Assembly (NCBI RefSeq): GCF_001194135.2
Contig: NC_068985.1
Span: forward strand, 119,282,151-119,346,150
Direction of reading: 5' to 3'
Length of the DNA: 64,000 nucleotides
From: Octopus bimaculoides
Taxonomy: Eukaryota
In this document: piece by piece, positions 37,416 through 50,032 of the stretch
Layout of the letters: the number at the start of each line of letters is the position of its first letter
How positions within the stretch are numbered: the first letter of the stretch is position 1
Position numbers and translations under genes: made by a program
Notes under the pieces: generated by a model
Database searches by the model: none
The model's input: the letters and a program-made list of their open reading frames with translations, nothing else
What the model was told of the DNA's origin: nothing

Positions 37416-38545
37416 GTTTTCTCTAAAATTCTTTTGCTTTCTTATCTTATCTATAAAAGGCAGATTTTTCTCTGTGTGTGTGTGTGTGTGTGTATGTTGA
37501 AAATTCATACATTTACACAATTCCAAATTTCTTGAATGAAAGAATTGGAATTAATATTCTAAATACCATAACTTACATCACAGCGTCATTTTTTCCATCA
37601 AAATAACACACAATTACGAATAAAATCCATTAAACTACACAAAATAAAATTTTCTTCCCTAATAAAATCTAATTTCCTCTTTCTACTACCTTTACAAATC
37701 CTCTCAACTCCTACTTTCTCTTCTGAACCTTTACGAACGATCCAACAACAAATACAAAAAGAAAGGAAGGAAAAACACTGACAGTAAAAGAAAATTCTTT
37801 CAGTATCAAAACTGAAACAATCACATTTCCATACTGTAATGACAGATACTTTCACTTTAATGGTTTCATTTTCATATTTTGAACTCCAGAAAGTTTTCCC
37901 AGAAATCCTGTTCTTTATCTCTTCTTTCTAGCATGTCTGTGGTGACATTTCCATTCCCCTCCTCCCTATTTTTTTTCCTAAATTTCTTCCGATTCCTATA
38001 TTTGCGATAGAGGAGATTATAATTTTACCCACAAAATACTTTCTCAATATTTTAATTTTCTCCCTCTCCACACCAAATTAATTTTTTATGATTTTCAAAT
38101 TTTTATTCTTGGTAATACATGGAGAAAAAACAAAGTACTCATTTTAAAGAATTTTTCCCATCACCTCACCACTTTCAAAAAGCTACACACTCCCAATGTT
38201 TCACTTTTAACTTTTTGAAAAAAACGGGGAAGTTTCTTCAGATATAATGTCATTTACCTGTTGTTTCTAGCATATCAGGTTTTCTAGTGGTGTTCTGGTA
38301 TCTTTTAAGTCTACTATTTCAGTAGAATTCTATGCATGTGGGAAACATCAGCCAAAAGCGGAAGATTGGGAGATTTTAGCTTTATGAAAGCTGGTAGGTG
38401 GAGGAAGGGGCATTGAATGTTTCTTAAAGGAAAATTAAACTATAAAAANNNNNNNNNNNNNNNNNNNNNNNNNNNNNNNNNNNNNNNNNNNNNNNNNNNN
38501 NNNNNNNNNNNNNNNNNNNTGTGTGTGTGTGAGAGAGTATATAGA

Positions 38546-38578
<33 letters not shown>

Positions 38579-38617
38579 GTTTCCCAGATATGTAAGCTCT
38601 GTATTTTTCTATGTGGG

Positions 38618-38648
<31 letters not shown>

Positions 38649-39009
38649 CGGAAAAAGTTGTAAGGTAAGAAATTGCAGTGCGGATAGGGAGAAATGTAGA
38701 TATTGAAAACGTAATTTCTGGACAAAATCGTACTAACCCACTTTTATATGACGAAACAATACATAGTACTTTCATGCAAATTGTACCCTTGCCCTTCACT
38801 ATTAAACAAACAATAACTTCCATTATTCCATTAACTATATATCAGCTGTGCCGATTCTGCCCACAAGAAAGGAGCAAATAACAGAATGTGCTTGTAGGTC
38901 ATAACACCCAGGCAACACAGGGATGCATTGCTAGTATATATATATATATATATATATATGCTGCCTATGCCAGTGCAGCATAACCAGCCCATTTAATAGT
39001 ACTCTTCAA

Positions 39010-39485
39010 TCATTGGGTAATAAACTGCGCTTGCGAAGACCTGTTGAGGCAAGTGAAATCATTGTTGTGGCCGATGACAGTACTGCCCGACTGGCACCCG
39101 TGCCAGTGGCACGTTAAAGGCACTGTTCGAGTGTGATTGTTGCCAGTGCCAACTGACTGGCTCCCGTGCCTGTGGCATGTAAAAAGCACCATTCGAGTGT
39201 GATTGTTGCCAGTGTCGCCTGACTGGCTCCTGTGCCGGTGGCACGTAAAAAGTACCATTTGAGCATGGTCGATGCCAGTACCACCTGACTGGCCCTCATG
39301 CCGGTGGCACATAAAAGGCACCCACTACACTCTCGGAATGGTTGGCATTAGGAAGGGCATCCAGCTATAGAGATTTTGCCAGATCCGATTGGAGCCTGGT
39401 GCAGCCTTCTGGCTCGCCAGCCCTCAGTCCAACTGTCCAACCGATGCTAGCATGGAAAACGGATGTTAAACGATGATGATGATGA
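39010..39485 (+). mobile_element. RTE-associated 3' UTR with a four-unit, about 66-bp hairpin array
   Basis: GTGCC-N3-GGCA(C/T)-RTAAAARGCA units near 39100, 39166, 39232 and 39299, then the standard tail. Confidence 0.85.
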
Positions 39486-39657
39486 TATAATATATATATA
39501 TATATAACCATATATATATATATATCAAAGTAGCAGAGCAAATAGGATAATGTAAACACAAGGGAAAGAAATTATGGCTTGGTCATGGTATGCTTTTGAT
39601 CCAGGCCTAAACAACAACATGAATTTAAAATGATTAAAAAAAACAACATAAACTCAC

Positions 39658-39741
39658 TTTGATACTTGCATCAACTGCATCACAGGTGCTATCAACAGAT
39701 TTTTTATAAGCATCCAAACACCCTGAGGTCAAGGCAGACAT
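39658..39741 (-). CDS. BORCS6: BORCS6 coding exon 4 (MSALTSGCLDAYKKSVDSTCDAVDASIK)
   Basis: Acceptor tttttctatctcttgtag| and donor AAA|gtgagt; 84 nt, phase 0/0. Matches the BORCS6 consensus (TALSVGC-x3-Y-x3-VD...VD-x-SIK). Confidence 0.94.
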
Positions 39742-40364
39742 CTACAAGAGATAGAAAAAGAGAAGAGAAAACATAAAATCCTGTTTAACATTTTTCTGCT
39801 TTTTAAAATTTTGGTTATGACAAAGAGTTAGTTAATCCTGTCTGGATCATAAGTGTCCACAAAACCTAGCATTCACCTTGGGTTTCTGTAGTTTTAAGCA
39901 AATGGAAAGCCACTTCAATTTGGATATTTTTTTTTCTGTCTTTTAGTCAGAAGGTGAGAAAATATCCTCGAGCCAGAGACCGGCCTGAATATTCACAACA
40001 GGTTGACTTTGCTAAAGGTAAGCATGGTGGTGGTGGTATTAAATTGAGAAATGGATTAAGCCTAGCATCCAAGTAGGCCATGGAAGGATTTGAATTCAGA
40101 ATACAAGGAGATAGAATACTGCAAGGCATCCTATCCAATACACCACATTGGAGTGATACGTTTTCTTCTTAATCAAACTGGTGGCTGTGTGGTTCAGCAG
40201 TTTGCTTCCCAACTACATGGTTACAGGTTCAGTCCCACTGCATGGCACCTTGGGTAAGTGTCTATCATTATAGCTTCAGGCTGACAACTGCTTCATGAGT
40301 GGATTTATTAGGCAGAAACTGAAAGAAGCTTGTCACACACACACACACACACATTACATATATG

Positions 40365-40512
40365 AGTGGTTGGCATTAGGAAGGGCATCCAGCTGTAGAA
40401 ACTCTGCCAAATTAGATTGGAGCCTGGTGTTGCCATCCGGTTTCACCAGTCCTCAGTCAAATCGTCCAACCCATGCTAGCATGGAAAGCGGACGTTAAAC
40501 GATGATGATGAT
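40365..40512 (+). mobile_element. Young RTE tail copy
   Basis: By eye, one mismatch over about 145 nt relative to 41751-41900. Confidence 0.85.
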
Positions 40513-41589
40513 GTGTGTCATACATACATGTATGTGAGAGTGAATGTTTCTTGTCTTGATAACACGTGATTGATGTAAATGAATGTTATTGTCATACACG
40601 CAGTGTCATTCATTTCCAATACTGTGAAAAACATACAAGGCCATGGTGAAATATTACCTTGCTTGGAAACAAGTGAGGGTTGGTGATAGGAAAGGCATCT
40701 GGCAGTAGAAAATCTGCCTCAATAAACTCTATCTGACCCAAGCAAGCATGCAAAAGGGGACGTTAAAATAATAGTAATAATGATGATGAAAAGAAAAGCT
40801 GATCTTGGTAGAGTTTGAACTCTGAGCATAGTGAGTCAGAACAAGCATCATGAAACATTCTGTCCAATGTTCTATTGATTTTGTTAATCTATTACCTGTT
40901 AGGGTTCAAGGTTATTACAGATAGGTTTACCCATAGGAATAATTGAACAAAAACTACTTCAAGTCAATAAATCCCCAAAGATGCAATTCTTGACAGTAGA
41001 GAGGACATAAGCAGACACTTTCTTGATTTGTTGTCTGTTGCTAAATTAATTTGGTCATTCCATCTTTTATACTTCCACTATCGCATACAAACAGGAAATG
41101 GAAAAGTAAGATATACACTTGATTATACATATGCGGCTGTTTGCTTTCAGAAAGTAACATGTACACCTTATGGTTACATGAAGATGTTACAACCCTAGCA
41201 TTAGATGTGTGAACTGAAGAATGTTTTTGTTTTTTTTCAGAAAAGGTCAACAAGGCAGAAGTAAAGTGTATGAGAGAGAGAAAGAGAATACACAAAAGTG
41301 GAATCTGAGTAAACTTAGTAATGGTCTGCCTCTGTAAATAATATGTACAAAAAGTATACAAAACAATAAATTATTTTGTTATGAGGAAGTGTAACATCCT
41401 GAGCCTTCTTCTTCAGAAAGTCCTGTCTGATACACTAACCAAAAGTTCAGATTAAATGTCAACTGCAGTGATCTACCAAATATGGGAGGACCTATAAAAT
41501 GTCATTAGCAATGCTTCACGCCCTCCAACTACTTACTAATTAAAGGAAAAAATAGTCTCATTGAGGAGAATGTTGAAAAAAAAAAAGAG

Positions 41590-41906
41590 TGGCTGTTGCC
41601 AGTACCGCCTGACTGGCTCCCGTAGGATTTTTGAGTGAGATCGTTGCCAGTGCCCCTGGACTGGCTTGTGCGGGTGGCACATAAAAGACACCATTTCGAG
41701 CATGGCCGTTTTCGTGCGGGTGACACGTAAAAGCACCCACTACACTCTCTGAGTGGTTGGCGTTAGGAAGGGCATCCAGCTGTAGAAACTCTGCCAAATT
41801 AGATTGGAGCCTGGTGTTGCCATCCGGTTTCACCAGTCCTCAGTCAAATCGTCCAACCCATGCTAGCATGGAAAGCGGACGTTAAACGATGATGATGATG
41901 ATGATG
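41590..41906 (+). mobile_element. Young RTE tail copy with hairpin units
   Basis: CpG-rich and ends in (gat)n; directly followed by a SINE family-B head at 41907-42055. Confidence 0.85.
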
Positions 41907-42291
41907 TGGTAAGTAGCTTGCTTACCAACCACATGGTTCCGGGTTCAGTCCCACTGCGTGGCACCTTGGGCAAGTGTCTTCTACTATAGCCTCGGGTCGA
42001 CCAAGGCCTTGTGAGTGGATTTGATAGATGGAAACTGAAAGCAGCCCATCATATATGTGTGTGTGAGTACTTTGTACAAGGCATCAGCATAGGACTCTTG
42101 CTGGTCAAATCCTCTCCACCAAGGGATATGGCCTTAACACTTTTGCTGTGGAGGATGGGTCTTGGTCCTCTGTCATCTCATCCTACATAGTTGCAAAGAG
42201 ATTTAGGAGACACTCTCTGGGATCCCTCTTGAGAGATATAGGAAACACTCTCTGGGATCCACATCTTGACCCAAGGAACAACAATATGACA

Positions 42292-42294
<3 letters not shown>

Positions 42295-42336
<42 letters not shown>

Positions 42337-42382
42337 NNNNNNNNNNATAGAGAGAGGGAGAAAGAGAGAAAGAGAGGGAGAA

Positions 42383-42444
<62 letters not shown>

Positions 42445-42445
42445 C
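42295..42445. repeat. (GA)n microsatellite with a small gap
   Basis: Read directly. Confidence 0.95.
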
Positions 42446-43928
42446 ACTGTGCCGGCACCCAGCTGATGTTCATTTGCAGTTGACTAGACTGTAGCAATGT
42501 GAAATGAAGCACTTTGCTCAACGTGCCACCCATTTCTGGAACTGAAACCCTGACCTTATTATCAAAAGTTGAACACCCTGGCTATTAGGATCTGCACCTT
42601 CATAGCACTAAATATAGAAGATGTGTAAAGGCTGGGGGAAAACTAAGTGGTCATAATCTATAATACATGCAACAAACCTGAATGGAAAGTATAGTTTCAG
42701 TAAAATGAGAGGGTGATTGAGCATTAAAAGGCATAAAAAAATACATGAAAGAGAAGCTGTGCTAATTTGAATATATAATGCAAAATGATGACACCTGTTG
42801 GAGAAAACAAAGAGCAATATTTTGACAAGTAAGGTAGTGAGATGGTAGAATCATTAGCATACAGGGATTCCGTCTGTCTTTTAATGGGATTCTGTCTGCC
42901 TTTATATGAGTTCAAATTCTGCTGAGGTCAACTTCACTATTCATCCTTCCAGGGTTGATAAAATAAGTATCAGTTGAATACTGGGGTCAATGTAATCAGC
43001 TTACCCCTTCCTTGAAATTGTTGGCTCTTTGCCAAAATTTGGAACCAATATTCTGACAGATACATAGCTGGTGCCATGTTAAAAGCACCCAGCACACACT
43101 GTAAAATGGTTGGTGTTCGGAAAGGCATTCAGCCACAGAAACCAAGCCAAATCAGACTGGAACCTGGTGCAGGCCTCAGGCTTGCCAGCTCTGGTCAAAC
43201 CATCCAACCCATGCCAGCATGGAAAACAAACATTTAAAGATGATGATGATGATGATGTACACATTACTCATGGGAGTAGACCAAAAACATAGGAAGAATT
43301 TGTGAGGTTGGATCTTATGAAGATGAAGAAACAGGATTAGGAGAAGTGGCCATATGGTGCATTTCATACCCATCTAATCCATGTCAGCATGATGGAGAAA
43401 TATTACCATTATCATCATTTAATGTCCACTTTCAATGCTGGCATGGGTTTGGATGGCTCGTCAGGGAACCGGTAAGCTGCAGGACTACATCGAGCTCCAG
43501 TGTCATCTTTGGCAATGATTTCTATAGTTGGATGCACTTCCTAATGCCAAACAAATGTTTAAGTGATGGCGAGGAGGATACTTTGTAATGGTGTTTTGAT
43601 TTCGTCTTAATTCTACGACATCATCATCCGGTGCACCACAGTAACCATCAAGGGCTGTTGACAGCTTACATATACAAGATTTTGGTGCGGGGTGCCACTC
43701 TGTAACAGATGAAACTCATTTTCAGCGAAGTGAACTGGAGCAACATGAAATGAAGTGTCTTGCCGAAGGACATAACATGCCACCTAGTCAGGAAACTGAA
43801 ACCATCACTTTGCAATTAGAAGTTCAACAACCAAATCATCAGGCCATGTGCCATCACAATTTTTATGAGACATTGCGATAAAGTAACAGTCTTCATTATA
43901 CGGAATTATGTTCAAGTGTGGTGCTTAC

Positions 43929-44182
43929 CTTATGAAGATTAGATTTGAGGCTAGACATCATATGGTCCAAACGGTCAGCCACCTGTTTGGCTTGAGTCTC
44001 AAGATCCATTAAGGCATGGGGGTCAACAGGAGGGATGTCGTCAGGGCTCTGTGGCACCAAGCTGCTGGGTGACTGAGACACGCCTGAGTAGGATGTTCTC
44101 GAGACAGAGTAGGCTGAATTTGTGCTGGAGATGCTACCAAAGCTCTGGACACTGGATGTCCGGGTGTGTAGGCTGCTGGAAT
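43929..44182 (-). CDS. BORCS6: BORCS6 coding exon 3 (DSSSLHTRTSSVQSF...PDDIPPVDPHALMDLETQAKQVADRLDHMMSSLKSNLHK)
   Basis: Acceptor cttccccctcaatgtag| and donor AAG|gtaagc. IPPVDP-x2-L-x-DLE marks the start of the BORCS6 (DUF2365) domain. Confidence 0.94.
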
Positions 44183-44709
44183 CTACATTGAGGGGGAAGA
44201 AAAAGAAAAAATTAAATTAAAGATATACACTGATTCTATTGCACTTTGTTTATTAGTTAATTTTGTTAAAATTTAACTAATCGATTGTTTGATTAATCAT
44301 TTGGTCAATCAGTCAGTCAGTTGGGTTTGGCAAAGTCCTTTCATCACCATTCAGATGAGCTGACCCGGAGTAGAGAGGGCATGTCATTGATGACCTCAAG
44401 AATGGCAAAGACAGGACTTTGGCCAACCTAGTTGATTGATTGATTGACTGAATGGTTGATCAAGCAATCAATTAGTTAATTGTTTAAATGCTAATGCATT
44501 AAATTAAAGATAGTGAATCAGTTTGAAAGGCACAAAACTAAAATAAAAATATAAAGAAAAAATTAAAAGGAGAGATTAATCAAAAATGTGATACAGGATC
44601 AAGATTACATAGAAATGATTTCCATTTGTAACAGACAGCCTACATTCTTAATGTTTTTAAAACAAGACCATGAAATTGTTCTCCTAAACTGCAATTTTAA
44701 TATTTATCA

Positions 44710-45050
44710 GCAATAAGGATTGTTAGTGTGCTGGGCAAAATGCCTAGTGGTATTTCATCTCCCTTCGTGTTCTGAGTTCAAATTCCACTGAAGCTGACTT
44801 TGCCTTTCATCCTTTCGGTGTTGATAAAATAAGTACCAGTTGAACACTGGGGTCAATGTTATCAACTTTTCCCCTCCCCAGAAATTGCTGGCCTTGTACC
44901 AAAATTTGAAATCAATATTTATCAGCAGTTGACTTTGCTTTTCATCTTTTTGGGGTTGATAAATTAAGTACCAGTTGTGTACTGAGGTCGATCTAATCGA
45001 CTGACCCCCTCCCCCCAAATTTCAGGCCTTGTGCCTAGAGTAGAAAAAAT
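44710..45050 (+). mobile_element. SINE family A, one and a half tandem copies
   Basis: Consensus as above; the second unit restarts at gttgactttgcttttcatc near 44929. Confidence 0.8.
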
Positions 45051-46489
45051 ATTTATCAGTAGTAAATGCCAAAATACAACAGTTCTCGATTAACCAAGTA
45101 AGCAGAGTAGGAATGAAATCATTGCTGTTGCAGAAACACTTGTAAAAGATACTATATTAGCAATGTCTTCTTTCTATTTCTCCCTGTTACACTCAGCTTT
45201 TAGTTCATTCTTTTGTTCTACATCTATTTTTCCATAATAACATAAGTTGGACAGTGGAGTTTTTATGACTAGATGCTCTTCCTGCTGCCAACCCTTACCT
45301 GTTTTTCTAGAGGTTTTCTAAATCAGAGTGATTGGTTATAATATCTATACCAAATATCAACATCATTACTGTTTCTAAGCATGGAATATCACTGTTCATG
45401 TACACACAAGAAAAGGCATAAAAAAGGCTATATATATATATACACTATAGATTTACAACTGTTTCACTCTGTGAAAACATACTGTATTAACTTCATAATG
45501 CAATCATGGCTTTGCAAAGTCAATTGGTAATGGATTTCAACTTTGGATCTTTGGAGTCATATTCCAATTAAAAAAACCTTTTTGTTAGCCTGGTGTAGTT
45601 GTATTAGCAGAGAGCTTAAGAAATGTTTTGCCCAGATTGATAACCCCTTAGAAATAACTTTATATTTATACATATATGATGGGATTCCTGCAGTTTCTGT
45701 CAACTAAATTTCCTCACAAGTCATGGGTCAGCCATCTAGTAGCACTAAACTCAAAAGCACATGGTTATAAAACAAACTTCTTATCCATGTTGTGCAATGC
45801 CTGTACTATCAGTAGTCTTTGTAAAACATAACCATTTAATACATCAATGAAGTCTTTCTATTTCACCTGCTACACCCCTGTTATTAGAAGCTCTTTTAAA
45901 AGGCATTGATATGAATGAAATCCATTTTCCATTCTGCCTACTACTCCAAGTTTTCAGTAGCCTTTGTAAAATATAACACTATAATATAGCAATGGAATCT
46001 TTCTACTTCTCTTGTTACCTTAGTTTACATTAAATATCATACATGATAGGGTGATGATGTACAAGCAGAACAATGGAGGACTTTGCAGTATTTAATTACA
46101 TTGCTTTATACTCTGGGAGACAGTAAAGAAAGTCCATCCATCCATCTTCATAGCTAGCTATTCCTGTGAGGGCTGTGGGCAAGTGGTGGTAAGGACAGAG
46201 TTCTCAGACATGTGCTCCAGAAGGTTCTATCAGAAGCAAGTATCTGAAAATGTTCTGGTTAAAACTGAAATTATGACAAAAAAAGTACAAGGAATTAATT
46301 TTGGTTGATATAACCATCTTCTCTCCTTCCAATTTAGAGGCCTTGAACAAAATGCCTACTGCCCACCTTTCTCTATTTACAGCTTTGTGAGTTTCTTTTC
46401 CATAGATACTAATACTCTATGTCCAAATTTATCGGCATTATGGACTGAAGTGGAAATAGTGAGGAAATCACCCCTACTTATCATCATCA

Positions 46490-46685
46490 TTGTCGTTTAA
46501 CATCCGCTTTCCATGCTAGCATGGGTTGGACGATTTGACTGAGGACTGGCAAGCCAGCAGACTGCACCAGGCTCTAATCTGATCTGACGGAGTTTCTACA
46601 GCTGGATGCCCTTCCTAACGCCAACCACTCCGAGAGTGTAGTGGGTGTTTTTACATGCACCCGGCACGAGGGCCAGTCACACGGT
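46490..46685 (-). mobile_element. Young RTE tail copy, inverted relative to the 40.4 and 41.7 kb copies
   Basis: Reverse complement of ...cagtcctcagtcaaatcgtccaacccatgctagcatggaaagcgga-gttaaacga and of ...gagtggttggcgttaggaagggcatccagctgtagaaac. Confidence 0.85.
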
Positions 46686-47654
46686 ACATGAAATTGTTTT
46701 AAGCGTTCATATTTAAATTTAAAATTTCCATCATAAGTATATGTAAGAATCTTTTGTTAGGTTGCCAACAACAACAGGTTTCATGGCAGTTTCCTGATTG
46801 ATTAAAGCAGAATCATAAGGACAGAGTTTTAAAGCTAGGACCCTTTCCTGTTGCCAATCCCTTTAACTACTTATCATGACCTGAAGGGATACAGTGTATT
46901 TCTGCTAAAAGTGGGATGCACACAGTTATGTTACACTTCAAACAATGGACAAGGCTAGTTTATTAAATCCCTCCAACTCCAAATTCTTGATTATTCTAAA
47001 AATGAATTAAATCTTACAGACAGTGGATTTCATTAAAAATATAGACACGAAAAAGTTAAATGGATAAGTCTAATGATTTTCAAAATGAATATCATGGTTT
47101 ATAATAAAACCTGCCCACCACAACAGAACGGATATCTGAAAACCAAGGTGCCATGTAAAAAGCATTGGTGCAGGTGCCATGTAAAAATCACTGGTGCTGG
47201 TGTTATGTAAAAAGCACTGGTGATAAGTGCCACATAAAAAGCACTCAGTACACTCTATAAAGCAGTTGCCATTGGGAAGGGTATCTAGCAGTATAAACAA
47301 AACCAAAACAGACTATGGGACCTGGTGCCGCCCTGGCATTACAAGTCTCTGTCAAGCTGTTCAACCCATGCCAGCATGGAAAATGGACATTAAATGATGA
47401 TAATGATGATGACGAATAGGGTGGTAAACTGGCAGAGTTGTTAGGATACTGGACATAATGCTTAGTCATTCATTCCATCCCTATGTTCCAAGTTCAAATT
47501 CTGCTGAGGTCAACTTTGCTTTTCATCCTTTCAGAGTCAATTAAAAATAAGTACCAGTCAAGTACTACGATTGATGTAATCGACTAGCCCCCTCCCACAA
47601 AATTTCAGGCCTTGTGTCTATAGTAAAAAGGAATATTTTGGTTTATAATGTTAA

Positions 47655-47877
47655 TCCTTTGACATTATAAACTAGCCATATCAGGCCCAACCAAATATTC
47701 TACGTTTTATGCTTAAACTGACCAAATTCGGCCTCTCACACTTACCATAAAATGTCATTCTAAAAATATATTAACACATCATTGAAATCTCAAAGCTACA
47801 ATATAACGCAGGATTAATTCATACCAATTTGAATAAATGAGCATCGTACTTGGCAGTCTAATCTGAATGCTAAAAGG
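47655..47877. mobile_element. piggyBac-like MITE copy
   Basis: TTAA-tcctttgacatt ... gaatgctaaaagg-TTAA. Confidence 0.65.
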
Positions 47878-48227
47878 TTAAATCTACAGACATACACAGA
47901 TGGACCTTGAGATAGTTTTGATGAATGAAGAGTCTAACTGTTTGAGCTACAAATGTACTTATTTGTTATGTTACAGCATAAATGACTGCATATTCCACAG
48001 ACATTTGTATTCAAGGTTACCCTCAGGTAGAATCAGTAAAACAGCTGGCTATTTGAATTACAGGTAAAATTCATCTGATCAGCTTCACACAGATTCCATC
48101 TACACAATTATATAGTCAAGGCTTGGAGTAGTTGAAAGGTGTAATAGAAGATGCAAACCTAAGGTGCAGTAAGATTAAGCCTGGAATCTTGTGATTGGGA
48201 AGTGAATTTCTTAACCCCTCAGCCATA

Positions 48228-48418
48228 TCATCATCGTTTAACGTCTGCTTTCCATGCTAGCATGGGTTGGACGAGAGTGTAGTAGGTGCTTTTACGTGTC
48301 ACCCGCACAAAGGCCAGTCAGGCGATACTGGCAACGGCCACGCTCGAAATGGTGTCTTTTATGTGCCACCCGCACAAGAGCCAGTCCAGGGGCACTGGCA
48401 ACGATCTCACTCGAAAAT
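48228..48418 (-). mobile_element. Young RTE tail copy with an internal deletion of about 105 nt
   Basis: Reverse complement nearly matches 41626-41750, then jumps directly to gtccaacccatgctagc. Confidence 0.8.
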
Positions 48419-49829
48419 ATATTATTATTATCACCATCATTGTAGCTTTAATGCCAACTTTTCCAAGCTTGATTGGGTTAGGCAGGAGTACATTGGGGCT
48501 GAGCTTTCTAAGGCTAGATGCCCTTCCTGATGTCAACCACACCTGTTTCCAAGTGAGGGTAATAATCTCTGTCTTTTAAAAAACAAACAGCCTGGACATG
48601 GTTATGTAGAGAATTGGAAACAAACAATGCATGACCGAGCCTTCTGTTTATAATCAGTGAGCACATGTGAAAATGAGAGGAAATGCGAACTGACATAAAC
48701 ACACACACACACACACATATATATACATACATACATACAAGTGGAGGTATTGTTGTGTGGTTAAGAAGTGTGCTTCCCCACTGCATAATTTCAGTTTCAA
48801 ATGTACTGCATGGTACCTTGGGCAAGTGTCTTCCACTAAAGCCTTAGAGCAACCAAACCCTTGTGAGTAGATTTGGAAGACAGAAGTTTAAAGAAACTGG
48901 TCGTGTGTGTGTGTGTGTGTATCTATGAATTACTGTGTGATGGCTGTAAATGAGNNNNNNNNNNNNNNNNNNNNNNNNNNNNNNNNNNNNNNNNNNNNNN
49001 NNNNNNNNNNNNNNNNNNNNNNNNNNNNNNNNNNNNNNNNNNNNNNNNNNNNNNNNNNNNNNNNNNNNNNNNNNNNNNNNNNNNNNNNNNNNNNNNNNNN
49101 NNNNNNNNNNNNNNNNNNNNNNNNNNNNNNNNNNNNNNNNNNNNNNNNNNNNNNNNNNNNNNNNNNNNNNNNNNNNNNNNNNNNNNNNNNNNNNNNNNNN
49201 NNNNNNNNNNNNNNNNNNNNTATATTTAGTAGAATAAGAAATGGAAACTCTTTGGTACAGTATTATATATTTGAAAGAATCAATAGAAATGGCTTTTCTG
49301 ATAATTTTCCCACTTTAATAATTAGATGTTTATAAGTTCATTTAATCATTGAAGTGGAAAAATTTCTATTCATTTTTTCAAATACACACACATACGTGTA
49401 TATATATATATATATATATATATTCTTCAAACTGTGGATTGATAGATGGCTGTACTTAAAAGAGCAGCAGCAATTAAGAATGCAGCCATGTGAGCTATTG
49501 GAGAATCAGAACTGCAACCACTTACGCTACAACTACCATGCAGCCCCATGGCAAAGAAACTACTGAAGTGACATTATTTCATGATTGCAGATACACCTGA
49601 TATCTTGATCACCACAAAGACCATTGCTGAGACTCAGGAGTCCCACTGCAGGTGAAGATAGCTGTGCAATAAAGCTTTCTAATGGTGTTGGGAAGTGGAG
49701 TGAGGGAGAGGGGAGTGCATATTCCCTAATGACACTATCTTCACAGTCAAGGAGATAGATTCAGTAGCAAGAGTGAGCCATGATGACAGTAGGAAGCAGC
49801 TGGAAATATAGTCTGTTCAGAACTGTTCC

Positions 49830-50032
49830 AACCCTTTAGCATTCAGCTGACTGTGAAATGTAATGAGTATTCATTGATGCATTATCTCGTAGCTTTGAAA
49901 TTTCAATGATGTGATTGTGTATTTTTAGAATGATACTGTAGGGTAGGTGCAAGAGGCCAGATCTGGTTAATGTGAAAATCATAAAGAGGTAGAATATTTT
50001 GGCAGGATATGGCTAGTTTAAATGCTAAAGGG
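49830..50032. mobile_element. piggyBac-like MITE copy
   Basis: accctttagcattcag ... aatgctaaaggg. Confidence 0.65.

Noticed and set aside
39060-39330. CRISPR-like array (palindromic repeats with spacers)
   Set aside because: The spacers are homologous to each other, the array is embedded in an RTE 3' tail present many times in the window, there are no cas genes, and the context is eukaryotic.
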